Positions 1-8,670 of a DNA stretch of 39,889 nucleotides are shown here, one piece after another. Made by a program: the position numbers and the translations under genes. Source of the DNA: Macrostomum lignano (Eukaryota). The stretch is from the NCBI GenBank assembly GCA_002269645.1, contig NIVC01003493.1, forward strand, positions 1-39,889, given 5' to 3'. The notes beneath the pieces were generated by a model. That model saw only the letters and a program-made list of their open reading frames with translations, had not been told where the DNA came from and searched no databases. The first letter of the stretch is position 1. Each line of letters starts with the position of its first letter.

Positions 1-190
1 GGTCGAGCAGGCCAGATGAGGGGTTGGGCAGCTGAGTTCTGGGTGAGTGTCAAGGGTGAGTTAAGTGAGTGTTCAAGGGTGAGTTTTGAGATGTGAATGA
101 GTGTCCATAGTTGAGTATCCTCTACGCATGTGGTGATACGCAGACAGAGTTTCAATGTGATCTTAACGGGTAGAGGGTCTGATTGCTTGG

Positions 191-350
191 AATTTCCGAG
201 TAGAGAGGGAAGGGATTCTATTGGTCGAGCAAGCATTTGAAGTGATTTCCGAGTAAAATGTGGAGAATGGATTCTATTGGTCGAGAGGTCCCTGATGAAC
301 GATTTGGTTTGGACCCTGCGGGAGAAGGGCTCCAGTACCCTTTATAAATA
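191..350 (+). promoter_or_regulatory. Putative Pol II promoter of the pPolB gene: duplicated CCAAT module plus TATA box
   Basis: GGATTCTATTGGTCGAG (ATTGG = reverse CCAAT) occurs at 213-229 and 269-285, each preceded by ATTTCCGAGTA. TATAAATA at 343-350; ATG at 411. Confidence 0.5.
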
Positions 351-410
351 AAGCACCTCGGCCCCATAGATTTTTTATTTATTTTAGATTAAATTAAAAA
401 TACAACGAAA

Positions 411-1177
411 ATGCAAATAACTTGCGACTTTTGCGAGTCATCAGTAATCGGGGGCATTGAGGAGCACTATGCGGTATGTCCTGCGATACCAGCACTGTTT
501 GAGTCAGATGACTCCCAGCGATTCATTTTCAACTGATCAAGGAGGCGTTTAATGGCAGGTCCCAACTTTACCGGGCCAGTGCATGCGGCGACCGATGAAT
601 GTTTTGGAAAACACTCGTCAAGCTTTCATTGACTTGATCACCCAGCATCAACGTGAGCCAGGAACCGCCATCAAAGTTCAGCTGCGCCTCGGGGTCCTGA
701 TGCAGCGCATCATTAATGGTAGCTGCGCCGCCGAGAACACTGCCTGGTTTGCTGCCAAGGTCCACTCTCTTCTCCAGAGTGAGGAGGAGTATACTTCTCT
801 GACGACATGCAGACTATCCTCAACCGGATAGAGAAGTAACTACGCAATGGCAGTGGCTGGGTAATCAGGACCACTCGGTGTGTTGACGTGTCAACCGCAA
901 GTTATTATCTACCGCATAGAGCGTCGTGCAAAAGGCCAAGAATGAGTTCAAGAAAGACTGCAACAAGCTGCTAAACAACTCCCTGTAGACCATCGAGTAT
1001 GTTCGCAAGCAAGTGGACTACGTGCTGGTTTATTCAGCAGGGAAGCCTGTGGCCCAGCCGACGTTCCGCGATCAGATGATTTTCAACGGGGATTTAGCTC
1101 TAGTGCACATTCTCAAGACGAATGTTGTGCTCGACAGGCTAGTGTATATCGGCCAGTGCGATCTGTCTGGACACTAG
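411..1177 (+). pseudogene. Internally deleted, frameshifted protein-primed DNA polymerase B (pPolB) remnant
   Basis: Manual translation across frames gives MQITCDFC..EH..C, IKEAFNGRSQLYR, KVQLRLGVLM and RNGSGWVIR (the SGW motif of the Polinton polB N-terminal region). These abut AKNEFKKDCNKLLNNSL*TIEYVRKQVD...QPTFRDQMIFNGDLALVHILKTNVVLDRLVYIG, a decayed polB motif-B region (consensus [27 protein letters not shown]). Exonuclease, motif A and the YxDTDS motif C are absent. Confidence 0.85.
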
Positions 1178-1365
1178 CAAGCTCTTTTTCCCACAAATTT
1201 TTTTTCTTTGTAAATATCTGATTTAAAACAACTATATGCATGTAAATTTAATACGAACATACTATATTTTGAATAATAATAAATACAAGCTTTACTCTAT
1301 GATATCTAATACGCAGAAATAGAGAAAAATGCTCTTTCACAAAAATATTTTTGCTATAATTAGTC

Positions 1366-1685
1366 ATTTTTGTGCACAGCTCTGGGGTAAAATCCCCATT
1401 GAAATGTATGTATTTTATCCACAAGTATGCAAGTTTTCGTCCAGTGATTAAAAGTATGCAATACGGCGTGAATTTTTCGACAAAATGCGTCAATTTTCAT
1501 GCACAGGTTCGGGTACAAATCCCTATTGAAATACATGTATTTTGTGCACAAGTATGCAAGTTTTCGTGCACAGTGTTAAAAAGTATGCAAAGTGTTCGAG
1601 GTTTTTTGTGCACACATTCGGGTAAAAATTCCCATTGAAATGTATGTATTTTGTGCAAACATGCATGCTTTTTCGTGCACAACAG
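1366..1685. repeat. Three degenerate ~110-125 bp direct repeats
   Basis: Core GGGTAAAA(T)CCCATTGAAATGTATGTATTTTGTGCACAAGTATGCAAGTTTTCGTGCAC recurs near 1385, 1510 and 1620. Confidence 0.75.
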
Positions 1686-1789
1686 AGGCTAGAAACGCTA
1701 AATCCGCAGAAACTGGTGGGGTGGCAGTATTTTTTTTTTCAAGCAGGTGTTTGGCATAAGAAAATGATAGGTACTAGAAATTTGGTAAA

Positions 1790-3008
1790 ATGAAAAAGAA
1801 AAAGGCAATTTCAAACCTTCTGCCAGGTATTTATTTTGACTGCAGTAGACCGGGCAGCTATGGCGGCTATCAGGCATTAAAACGAGAGTTGCACAAACAG
1901 CACGGACCCAAGTTTAGTGTAGGGCAGGTATGTATATACGATATACTTCTAAACCAATGATTTTTTAGAAAATTCCAGCTTAGGTTTTTAGTTTTATCCA
2001 CTAGCTAGCAATTTCCAGTTTTTACAATTAAAGGTAAAAACGTGGCTCCAAGACCAAGATGTCTACACACTGCATAGAGATAAACGCAAAAACTTTCGTC
2101 GAGCACCGATTGTGGTGCGGGGCATGGATGACCAGTGGGAACTGGACCTGGTTGAAATGCTACCGTTTGCCAAGTACAATGGCGGCGTACGATATATTTT
2201 ATGCTGCATTGATGTGCTCAGCAAGTTTGCCTGGGCTCAGCCGGTGCGCCGCAAGACAGCCGAGGAGGTTGCAGCCGGATTCGAAGCGATCCTAAATCGA
2301 GCTCACCCTCGATGCCCACGAGCAGTTCGGACCGACCGTGGAAAAGAGTTTTGTAACACCCAGTTCCGAGCCCTCTGCGTAAACCACAAAATTCATGCAT
2401 TCACATCAAGTAGTGACCAGAAATGCGCAGTCATTGAGAGATGGAACCGCACACTGAAATCCCGAATGTGGCGGTACTTCCGTCACAAGTCAACATTAAC
2501 CTGGACCGATGTGCTTCAACCCTTAGCAAAGGCATACAACCAGAGTATTCATCGGAGTATTCAAAGCCGACCAGTTGATGTCGACAAGTCAAACGAGATG
2601 GAAATTTGGCACCGGCTTTACGATGGGAAGCTTCCTGAGACTCGTGAAAAGGTCTCCAGACCAAAGTTCAAGGCAGGAATGATGGTGCGAATCTCTCTTC
2701 GCAATCTGGCCAACCCATTCACCAAGGGATACACAAGGGGATGGAGTGAGGAAGTATTTGAAGTCAAGTCCCTCCACCCCAAGCATTATCCATACATGTA
2801 CACTCTGATCGATGCCCGAGGTGAAGAGTTGGAAGGCAAGTTTTACGAGCCGGAAATGCAGCAAGTGACAGGAAACAAGAAGCTGTGGATCATCGACAAG
2901 GTTCTCAACATTAAGAAGCTGAAGAGTGGAAAGATTCGGTATTTGGTTCAGTGGCGCGATTCAGAAAAACCCAGTTGGATTGACGAAAAAGACTTAAGAA
3001 AAATATGA
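1790..3008 (+). CDS. Polinton retroviral-like (rve/DDE) integrase with C-terminal chromodomain; join(1790..1927,2034..3008), ~370 aa
   Basis: Exon 2 has DDQWELDL, CIDVLSKFAW, RTDRGKEF and IERWNRTLK (DDE intact) and the chromodomain-like IIDKVL...RYLVQW. Exon 1 (MKKKK...YFDCSRPGSYGGYQAL) is the usual Maverick integrase N-terminus and joins in phase 0 via CAG|GTATGT...TTAAAG|GTA to VKTWLQDQDVYTLH. Confidence 0.9.
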
Positions 3009-3785
3009 AAAGGCAAAGATTTCAGGTAATGTCCGGCCCCGATGATGACCCGGCCAACTTTACTGCTGAGCTGCTGCATCCTGTGCTGCTGGATTCTGCT
3101 TTGGACTATGAGTTGGGTCTGCTTGGAATCAGTTTTATCAACTGCATCTACACGATCCCTCATCCATTGTCGCTATATTATCAGCTTGAGGGTTCAATGC
3201 AATGTGCTGAAATTCCAGCTGGGCGCTACAATGACTTGAATGAGCTGATTGATGCAGTAAATGCTTACTGATTGTAAAAGATTTTGATGAGTCTGGAATT
3301 GGCGAAACACCTATAAATGTGCATCTAATTAAATTTACCCTTGATTCAGTTAGCCATTATGTATACTATCAAATGGCTGGGATCTGTGAGAGATTTATGT
3401 TTCCAGAAAACAGCCAGATGGGGAAAATCTTTGGTGCTGCGCAGACAACCTATAGCGAGCAGGCAGGATGCTTTGAACGACCTGGCATGAACCCGGCCTG
3501 GAATACGGATTTGCTGCTTGTTGAGTGCGATCAGATTAGCCCGCGCTGTATTGGAAATCAGTTTACTCCAGCACTGCAGACTTTGAATATTGGTGGTCTT
3601 TTGCAGGTCACCGGTCGGAACTCATCTATAAGAATAAGCTGTTCTTCCCAATAGCAGCAAACCACCGCTTAACACACATGCAAATACGGCTACGACCGAT
3701 CAACTGTATCGAATCTATCCGATTACTCTTTGGACCCACAGTCTTGACTTTTGAGCTGCGTGAGTCATGGACATTCGACAAGTGA
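3005..3785 (+). pseudogene. Polinton minor capsid protein (penton/PX), two apparent 1-bp deletions
   Basis: N-terminus PANFTAELLHPVLLDSALDYELGLLGISF matches the Maverick mCP start. Reading continues after a -1 shift near 3268 (LIVKDFDE...VHLIKFTLD) and a second -1 shift in the T-run at ~3598-3602, into LIYKNKLFFPIAAN..MQIRL...FGPTVLTFELRE, the mCP-like C-terminus. Stop at 3783-3785. Confidence 0.75.
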
Positions 3786-4029
3786 CCGAGTTTTATCGAG
3801 GCAGTTGCTTCAAACTTCCTCATGGGCACGGATATCCCACATCGCTGCTATCTCGACTGCCCCTGAGACTCATGAAAATGCAGTTCTCCTTTCCCGCATA
3901 CCACCTCCATCGCAGAAAAAACATAAGAAAACGCCAAAAATCAAACCAAAGAAGAGCAAGCCAGTGCCCACAAAAAAGCGCAAGATACCGTTAAAAACAG
4001 TCAACCGAGTGCTCGATTCACTCTCATAA
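3767..4029 (+). CDS. Small basic core/DNA-packaging-like protein (PZ-type position), apparently frameshifted
   Basis: Lies between mCP and MCP as in Mavericks. The N-terminus FYRGSCFKLPHGHG resembles the YRG..Q.G.G motif. The Lys-rich tail KKHKKTPKIKPKKSKPVPTKKRK is in the -1 frame and ends at the MCP start. Confidence 0.5.
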
Positions 4030-5300
4030 TGTATCGGACAAATCCACGGCTCAATCTGTTTGAGCCAATGACGCATGAAATTGGAGTGGATAGGTCTCAC
4101 TTCATGGACTTTCATCCCATCGGCAGTCTCACGACTCCTGATGCACCGATTGAATTCAACTGCCATGCCTCCTCTGAGGACTACACCGATCTGCACGCCA
4201 CAGTGCTGCAAGTCACTTGCCGGATAACTCGTGTGATAAACAATGCAGAGCTGACTAATGAAGATGATGCCCATGTCGGACTATCGAATCTCCCGCTTGC
4301 CAGCCTGTTTCGTGATGTCACTGTAAAACTCAACCAGCGGGTTGTGAGTGGTGGGGACCAGCTCTACCCATATCGAGCAATGCTTCAAGTGCTGACCAGC
4401 AGCAATGCCAACCAGCTTCAAGAACTGGCGGCCGCAGGTTATTATCCAGACACCGCTGGAGAGAGTGACACCATTGGGGAGCAAAATCATGGATTCACAA
4501 ATCGTGCGAGATTGCATGAGGCTTCTGCTGTTGTGCAATATGCCGGCCCGTTGTTTTCAGACATTTTCTCAATCCGGCAGTATCTGCTAAACCAAATCAG
4601 CCTGCAGGTCAAATTGACCCGGCACTGCAGCGCTTTTTCGTTGATGGTACCCAATAATGGAGTTCAATACCGTGTTGAAGTCGACAATGCTATTCTGCTT
4701 TTGAGGCGTCTCCGAGTAAACCCAACAGTGGCTCTCGCACATGAACAGGGGCTCTCACAGCGTAATGCTCTCTACCACTTTGATAGAAGAGAGCTTCAGA
4801 CATTCACATTTTCTGTTGGGACAAGAAACAAGAGTCTCGATTCAATCACGCATGGTCAGCTGCCAAAATTTGTGCTCCTTGGAATGGTCAGCCAGACTGC
4901 TTTCAATGGATCTCTGCACCACAACCCGTTTTGGTTCCAAGCATTTGGATTGAATAGTTTAAGCCTGTTTGTCAATGGAGAGCCAATTACTGGGCAGCCC
5001 ATAGAACCACAGCAGCAGCCCTCATCCGAATTTTTGCAGTTTGCCCGCAGTCTCAGTGGAAAATATTGCATAAGCTTTGATGAATTTCGAAATAGTGCCT
5101 ATCTGCTTGCGTTTGACCTTAGTCCAAGTGGCGATGAAGTAGGCAGCTGGTTTGGTCATAGGCAGGGTCAACTACGACTGGATATTCGCTTTTCCAACGC
5201 TCTCGCACAGCCAGTCACACTCATCTGCTTGTGCGTGTATGATTCATGCATGGAAATCACTAAAGAGAGGGATGTGCTGCTGGATTATCGCAGAGCATGA
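4029..5300 (+). CDS. Polinton major capsid protein (double jelly-roll, PY), 423 aa, intact
   Basis: LNLFEP...DFHPIGSLTTPDAPIEF...EDYTDLHAT, NLPLASLFRDVTVKLNQ, YPYRA, GQLPKFVLLGMVSQTAFNGSLHHNPFWFQ, LFAFDLSP-like and GQLRLDIRFSNAL segments follow the Maverick MCP pattern. Confidence 0.9.
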   Translation: MYRTNPRLNLFEPMTHEIGVDRSHFMDFHPIGSLTTPDAPIEFNCHASSEDYTDLHATVLQVTCRITRVINNAELTNEDDAHVGLSNLPLASLFRDVTVKLNQRVVSGGDQLYPYRAMLQVLTSSNANQLQELAAAGYYPDTAGESDTIGEQNHGFTNRARLHEASAVVQYAGPLFSDIFSIRQYLLNQISLQVKLTRHCSAFSLMVPNNGVQYRVEVDNAILLLRRLRVNPTVALAHEQGLSQRNALYHFDRRELQTFTFSVGTRNKSLDSITHGQLPKFVLLGMVSQTAFNGSLHHNPFWFQAFGLNSLSLFVNGEPITGQPIEPQQQPSSEFLQFARSLSGKYCISFDEFRNSAYLLAFDLSPSGDEVGSWFGHRQGQLRLDIRFSNALAQPVTLICLCVYDSCMEITKERDVLLDYRRA

Positions 5301-5770
5301 ATTCCGAAGAGTTGGAAGCGTTCATTTCTCGCTGCCCCACATCTGTGCGGGATGCCTATTGCGGAAATTTTACAGTTGGAACAGTGACACCATTTTTCGA
5401 TTCAACCTGCCGACCCTGCTGCTTCATTTTGTATGAGCCATGGAATGATGAGTGCGGTCACTGGATTGCTGGAGTAGTAACCAGTAAAGTGCATTGTGAA
5501 ATTTTCAACTCTTTGGGAGGCTTGAGTAAAAATATGAAGAGCTGGTTAAAGAAAACTAAACCGACGCGGATGGTGCTACAATGGAATACGGTCCCTGTTC
5601 AGCCCAGTTCGTCAACTCTTTGCGGCTGGTATTGCATTTTTTACTTGATCCATCGACTGCATAAGAGAATGTCATATAATGCCTTGTTCATCAAGGTTTT
5701 GCACCCGGCAGCTGTGGCTCAAAACGATGCAATCATACTCAGACTCAAAAATCAGTTGCAAGGTGTTTGA
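5297..5770 (+). CDS. Adenain-like (peptidase C5) maturation cysteine protease
   Basis: GHW (His), FNSLG (usually FDSxG), VQP (oxyanion Gln) and LCGWYC (Cys) appear in adenain order. Confidence 0.88.
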   Translation: MNSEELEAFISRCPTSVRDAYCGNFTVGTVTPFFDSTCRPCCFILYEPWNDECGHWIAGVVTSKVHCEIFNSLGGLSKNMKSWLKKTKPTRMVLQWNTVPVQPSSSTLCGWYCIFYLIHRLHKRMSYNALFIKVLHPAAVAQNDAIILRLKNQLQGV

Positions 5771-6386
5771 TTCCAGACTGCGGATGGGAGGCTGCATGAT
5801 GGTTTCGGGCCCTTCTCGAGCGGGAAAATCAACATTCTGTTTGCGGTTGCTGTCCCAACGACTGCTTCTGTTCGACCAACCTCCCAAGCGGATGATTTGG
5901 TATCACGGATGCCCGCAGCCGGAACTCCACGCGACTCTGCGGCGGCTAGGAGTGCAAGTATGTGAAGGATTATCGAATTTGGATCTGCAGCCCCATGACC
6001 TGATTGTGATTGACGATTTACTGGATGAAGCAGCTGCAAGTCGAGAGCTACGACATCTGTTCACCCGTGAGGCCCACCACAAGCCCTGCTTTGTCATTCT
6101 CATCACGCAAAATCTATTTTTCAAAGGCAGAGAGTGGCGCACAATTAGCATAAATTGCACCTACATGGTGTTGTTCAACAACCCCAGAGACACCTCTGCG
6201 GTCCAAGCTTTAAGTCAGCAATGCTTTCCCAAACGGCGCACTCTGCTAGTAGAACTGATGGATCGATTGGTGCGAGATGGAGATCAGCGCTATCTGCTGC
6301 TTGATTTTCACCCCGCTTCACCCCATGAACTGCGCCTGAGAGCCAATTTTCTCCCCGATGAGGCCCCGCAGCGAGTTTATCTATAA
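5727..6386 (+). CDS. A32/FtsK-like DNA packaging ATPase
   Basis: Walker A GPSRAGKS, Walker B LIVIDDL, FTREAHH, ILITQNLF and RTISINCTYMVLFNNPRD. Start is uncertain (ATG 5727, GTG 5763 or ATG 5784). Confidence 0.92.
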   Translation: MQSYSDSKISCKVFDSRLRMGGCMMVSGPSRAGKSTFCLRLLSQRLLLFDQPPKRMIWYHGCPQPELHATLRRLGVQVCEGLSNLDLQPHDLIVIDDLLDEAAASRELRHLFTREAHHKPCFVILITQNLFFKGREWRTISINCTYMVLFNNPRDTSAVQALSQQCFPKRRTLLVELMDRLVRDGDQRYLLLDFHPASPHELRLRANFLPDEAPQRVYL

Positions 6387-6416
6387 GAATGGCTCAGTCT
6401 CTGCACTGAGTTAAAC

Positions 6417-6749
6417 ATGGATAAACACATTGCACTAATAACTGTCTTTTGTGAGGGCACTATATCCTTGCGTCGCTGCATACTTACCTATGCAAATAAA
6501 AGCACCATTTGCTTTTTGGTCGAGTGTATTATCAACTTACTAGCAGGAAAAGTTGGCTGTGAAGATAGCTTGAAGCGGAGACTCAGGCGATATCGAAATA
6601 CTCTCCGGCTTGTTGCACAAAGCAAAAGTGTGAAAGAGGCTCGGCGTAATCTCTCACACCCGCATATCCTTCGTTGTCTTCCTCTGATTCTCACCTATAT
6701 AAAAAGACATGTACAAGGAAATGATACTGGTACCCCGGTTGCAGTATGA
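6417..6749 (+). CDS. Conserved small Maverick protein (PW/PZ class, putative virion core protein)
   Basis: Pattern R..IL..A....I..LVECIINLLAGKV.....KRRLRRYRNTLR.VA is recalled from Maverick small ORFs. Position next to the ATPase is typical. Confidence 0.6.
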   Translation: MDKHIALITVFCEGTISLRRCILTYANKSTICFLVECIINLLAGKVGCEDSLKRRLRRYRNTLRLVAQSKSVKEARRNLSHPHILRCLPLILTYIKRHVQGNDTGTPVAV

Positions 6750-7305
6750 GGCACTTGTGAATCAGAGGGGCATGGAGACAGTCTGTGAACCCGAGCTAGA
6801 GGCGGAAAAACAGTTGCGCAAGATTAGGGACGAGCGTTGCGTGCAGCAGCTGCAGGCAAGTGCGACCCAAGAACAGCCTCCAGTAATTCACAAAGAACCG
6901 CAGTGGAAGGAGGTTTTATATCTGACGGTGAATCAGAAATGGCATCATCGTCTGCAGGCATTGATTAGCTTCATAACCGTAAAGTGCAAGTCGATTAGCA
7001 TAGATGATACGTATGAAGTTTCTGTCAATGGTAAACCGTTGTACAACTCAAATATCGTGGACCTGCTGCATTTCATAGTTAAAGATACGTACTCTAAGTA
7101 CCTTCAGCCACCGAATGGGATTAATGAGTTTGTTACGTGTCTTCAAGAAAACCACGTGCCTCTGTCTGCAGTTGGTCTGAACACTACAAAATTGCTGGAA
7201 AAGCCTCGGGAAGAAAAGTCCAGTCCTAAAAAACCTCGACTGCAAGGCTATAAGAAGACTCAGTCTCAGAAAGGATACGGCAAGTGGATCAAGTGGCCAA
7301 GATGA
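6709..7305 (+). CDS. Conserved uncharacterised Maverick protein, 198 aa
   Basis: MILVP start and EVSVNGKPLYNSNIVDLLHF...PPNGINEFVTCLQENHVPLSAVG match the recurrent Maverick pattern G.PI.GSNIVDL...P.G...F...L...NVP...IGN. Confidence 0.65.
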   Translation: MYKEMILVPRLQYEALVNQRGMETVCEPELEAEKQLRKIRDERCVQQLQASATQEQPPVIHKEPQWKEVLYLTVNQKWHHRLQALISFITVKCKSISIDDTYEVSVNGKPLYNSNIVDLLHFIVKDTYSKYLQPPNGINEFVTCLQENHVPLSAVGLNTTKLLEKPREEKSSPKKPRLQGYKKTQSQKGYGKWIKWPR

Positions 7306-7740
7306 TTGTCATTGATTTTGAAGGATTTCCGCACCTCTACAAAACAGAGGACTTTGTGATTAAGGAAATTGCATGGGTTGAGTTTGCATGCGGTCAAACG
7401 ACGGCTCATTACTATTGCTACCAGCCGCCGCACAGCTTTGAGCTCTTTGATAGAGGACAGCGACGAACCTGCTACTGGCTCACCAATAAGCGGCACGGTC
7501 TAGACTGGGACAGGAGTGGGTTCTGACCCTACTCTTGTCTCTGGAGCGATATCTCTCACTTGCAAGGCCCGATATTTAGCAAGGGGGATGTCAAGTGCCA
7601 GTTCCTGTCGCGTCTGCTGCTGCAGCCTGTCTACGACCTCGCACACCTAGCCTTTCCGAGTGCCTCAAAGTACGTGCTACCCTGCGCCCTGGCCAAGGTG
7701 GCGCTGTACGCTGATTGGCTGCGGCCTCGCGGCTACGGGT
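7302..7740 (+). pseudogene. DEDD/DnaQ-like nuclease-fold protein with in-frame TGA at 7524-7526
   Basis: MIVIDFEGF (DxE), FVIKEIA, QPP, WLTNKRHGLDW, then in the same frame after the stop PY..L, IFSKGDVK, VYDL and CALAKV..YADWL. This pattern recurs in Polinton accessory ORFs. The 3' end is uncertain. Confidence 0.65.
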
Positions 7741-7741
7741 C

Positions 7742-7749
7742 TATAAAAG
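7742..7749 (+). promoter_or_regulatory. TATA box (TATAAAAG) upstream of TBP-like gene
   Basis: Consensus TATAWAAR, 46 nt before ATG 7795. Confidence 0.5.
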
Positions 7750-7794
7750 TAGCGATCTGCAGCAGGCACTGGCGTTTCTCTCGATTGTCTAAAG

Positions 7795-8395
7795 ATGGTC
7801 GCAACAATTCGCGTGACAAACATCGTGACAGGAGCCGACCTGGCGACCCGGGTGGGTCTGCCTCAACTAGTGAATTTCCTGACTCTTCATCTGCCTCAGT
7901 ATCACACAATCCGCCATCGCCTGGTTCATCCTCGAACACTGGCAGTGGTGATGAAGAGCGGGCAGCATCGAGTAACCGCGCTGGTGTATCCGACCGGACA
8001 AGTGTCTGTCTGTGGAGCCAAAAGCATGGAGGAAGCTCTCGCAGAGACGGAGAAGATTGTGAAGCTGTGTGCGGACTTCTTGCGATTGACCAGTCTGCCC
8101 CAGATTCGCATCAAGACTATTACCTCTGTGACGGCCTTTCCCGCGGGTCGGCATCCACTCCGGTTGGGGGAAGTCAAGTCTAAATGGCCGCATCGGGCCA
8201 CCTATGAGCCGGAAATGTTTAACGGACTTGTGCTCGAGTTTACTGCCTCTGTAAAAGTTGATTTTGTTTCATTCGTATCGTTGTATAATAGCTGGTGCTC
8301 GCAGCGTGGTTGAGGCTCAGACTGCAGCTGATGCCCTCTCCCGCATTTTGCTACCAGATCAAGCATCCGAACCTACTTTGCTGGACTCTGACTGA
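7795..8395 (+). CDS. TATA-binding-protein (TBP)-like protein, ~199 aa after correcting one +1 frameshift at the A-run 8253-8256
   Basis: Repeat 1: VTNIVTGADL and VTALVYPTGQVSVCGAKSMEEA (cf. TBP [32 protein letters not shown]). Repeat 2: PLRL and TYEPEMFNGL (cf. SYEPELFPGL), continuing in the +1 frame as LILFHSYRCIIAGARSVVEAQTAADALSRIL (cf. LLIFVSGKVVLTGAK...A...I..IL). Stop TGA 8393-8395. Confidence 0.88.
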
Positions 8396-8443
8396 GCTCC
8401 TCTACGGCATAACAGTAGTAGTGAGATCTGCCTATGCACCGAG

Positions 8444-8468
8444 TAATAATAATAATAATAATAATAAT
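8444..8468. repeat. (AAT)n microsatellite
   Basis: About 8 TAA/AAT units read directly. Confidence 0.9.
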
Positions 8469-8519
8469 ATTTTTGCTGTAACTTTACTTCTGTATTTCTT
8501 TTGTGTACAAAAGATAAGA

Positions 8520-8670
8520 AAAAATAAACGCGAATGCGACAATAGTGTTTGTACAACAATGCTTACGAAAATGAAATGTTTTTTTTTGTTTATTTTATTG
8601 GCAGGTCCATGGATTGCAAAGCATAAAATTACATGTTAAAAGCTCGTATTAGCACAAAAAAGTTTATTAA
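8520..8670. terminator. Convergent polyadenylation region
   Basis: AATAAA on + at 8523-8528 downstream of the TBP-like gene. AATAAA on - (TTTATT at ~8594 and ~8663) downstream of the minus-strand ORFs. Confidence 0.5.

Noticed and set aside
1-180. G/T-rich start of window as the left Polinton TIR
   Set aside because: A left TIR should be the C-rich reverse complement of 10400-10597 and begin AGTAGTAGGAAAG; it does not match.
3257-3280. Mini-intron (GTAAAT...AAAG) explaining the mCP frameshift
   Set aside because: Only 24 nt and a multiple of 3, so removing it does not restore the downstream frame.
7560-8183. 207-aa ORF as an independent gene
   Set aside because: Its first ~60 aa are the post-stop half of the DEDD-like gene; the rest is an off-frame shadow of the TBP-like gene.
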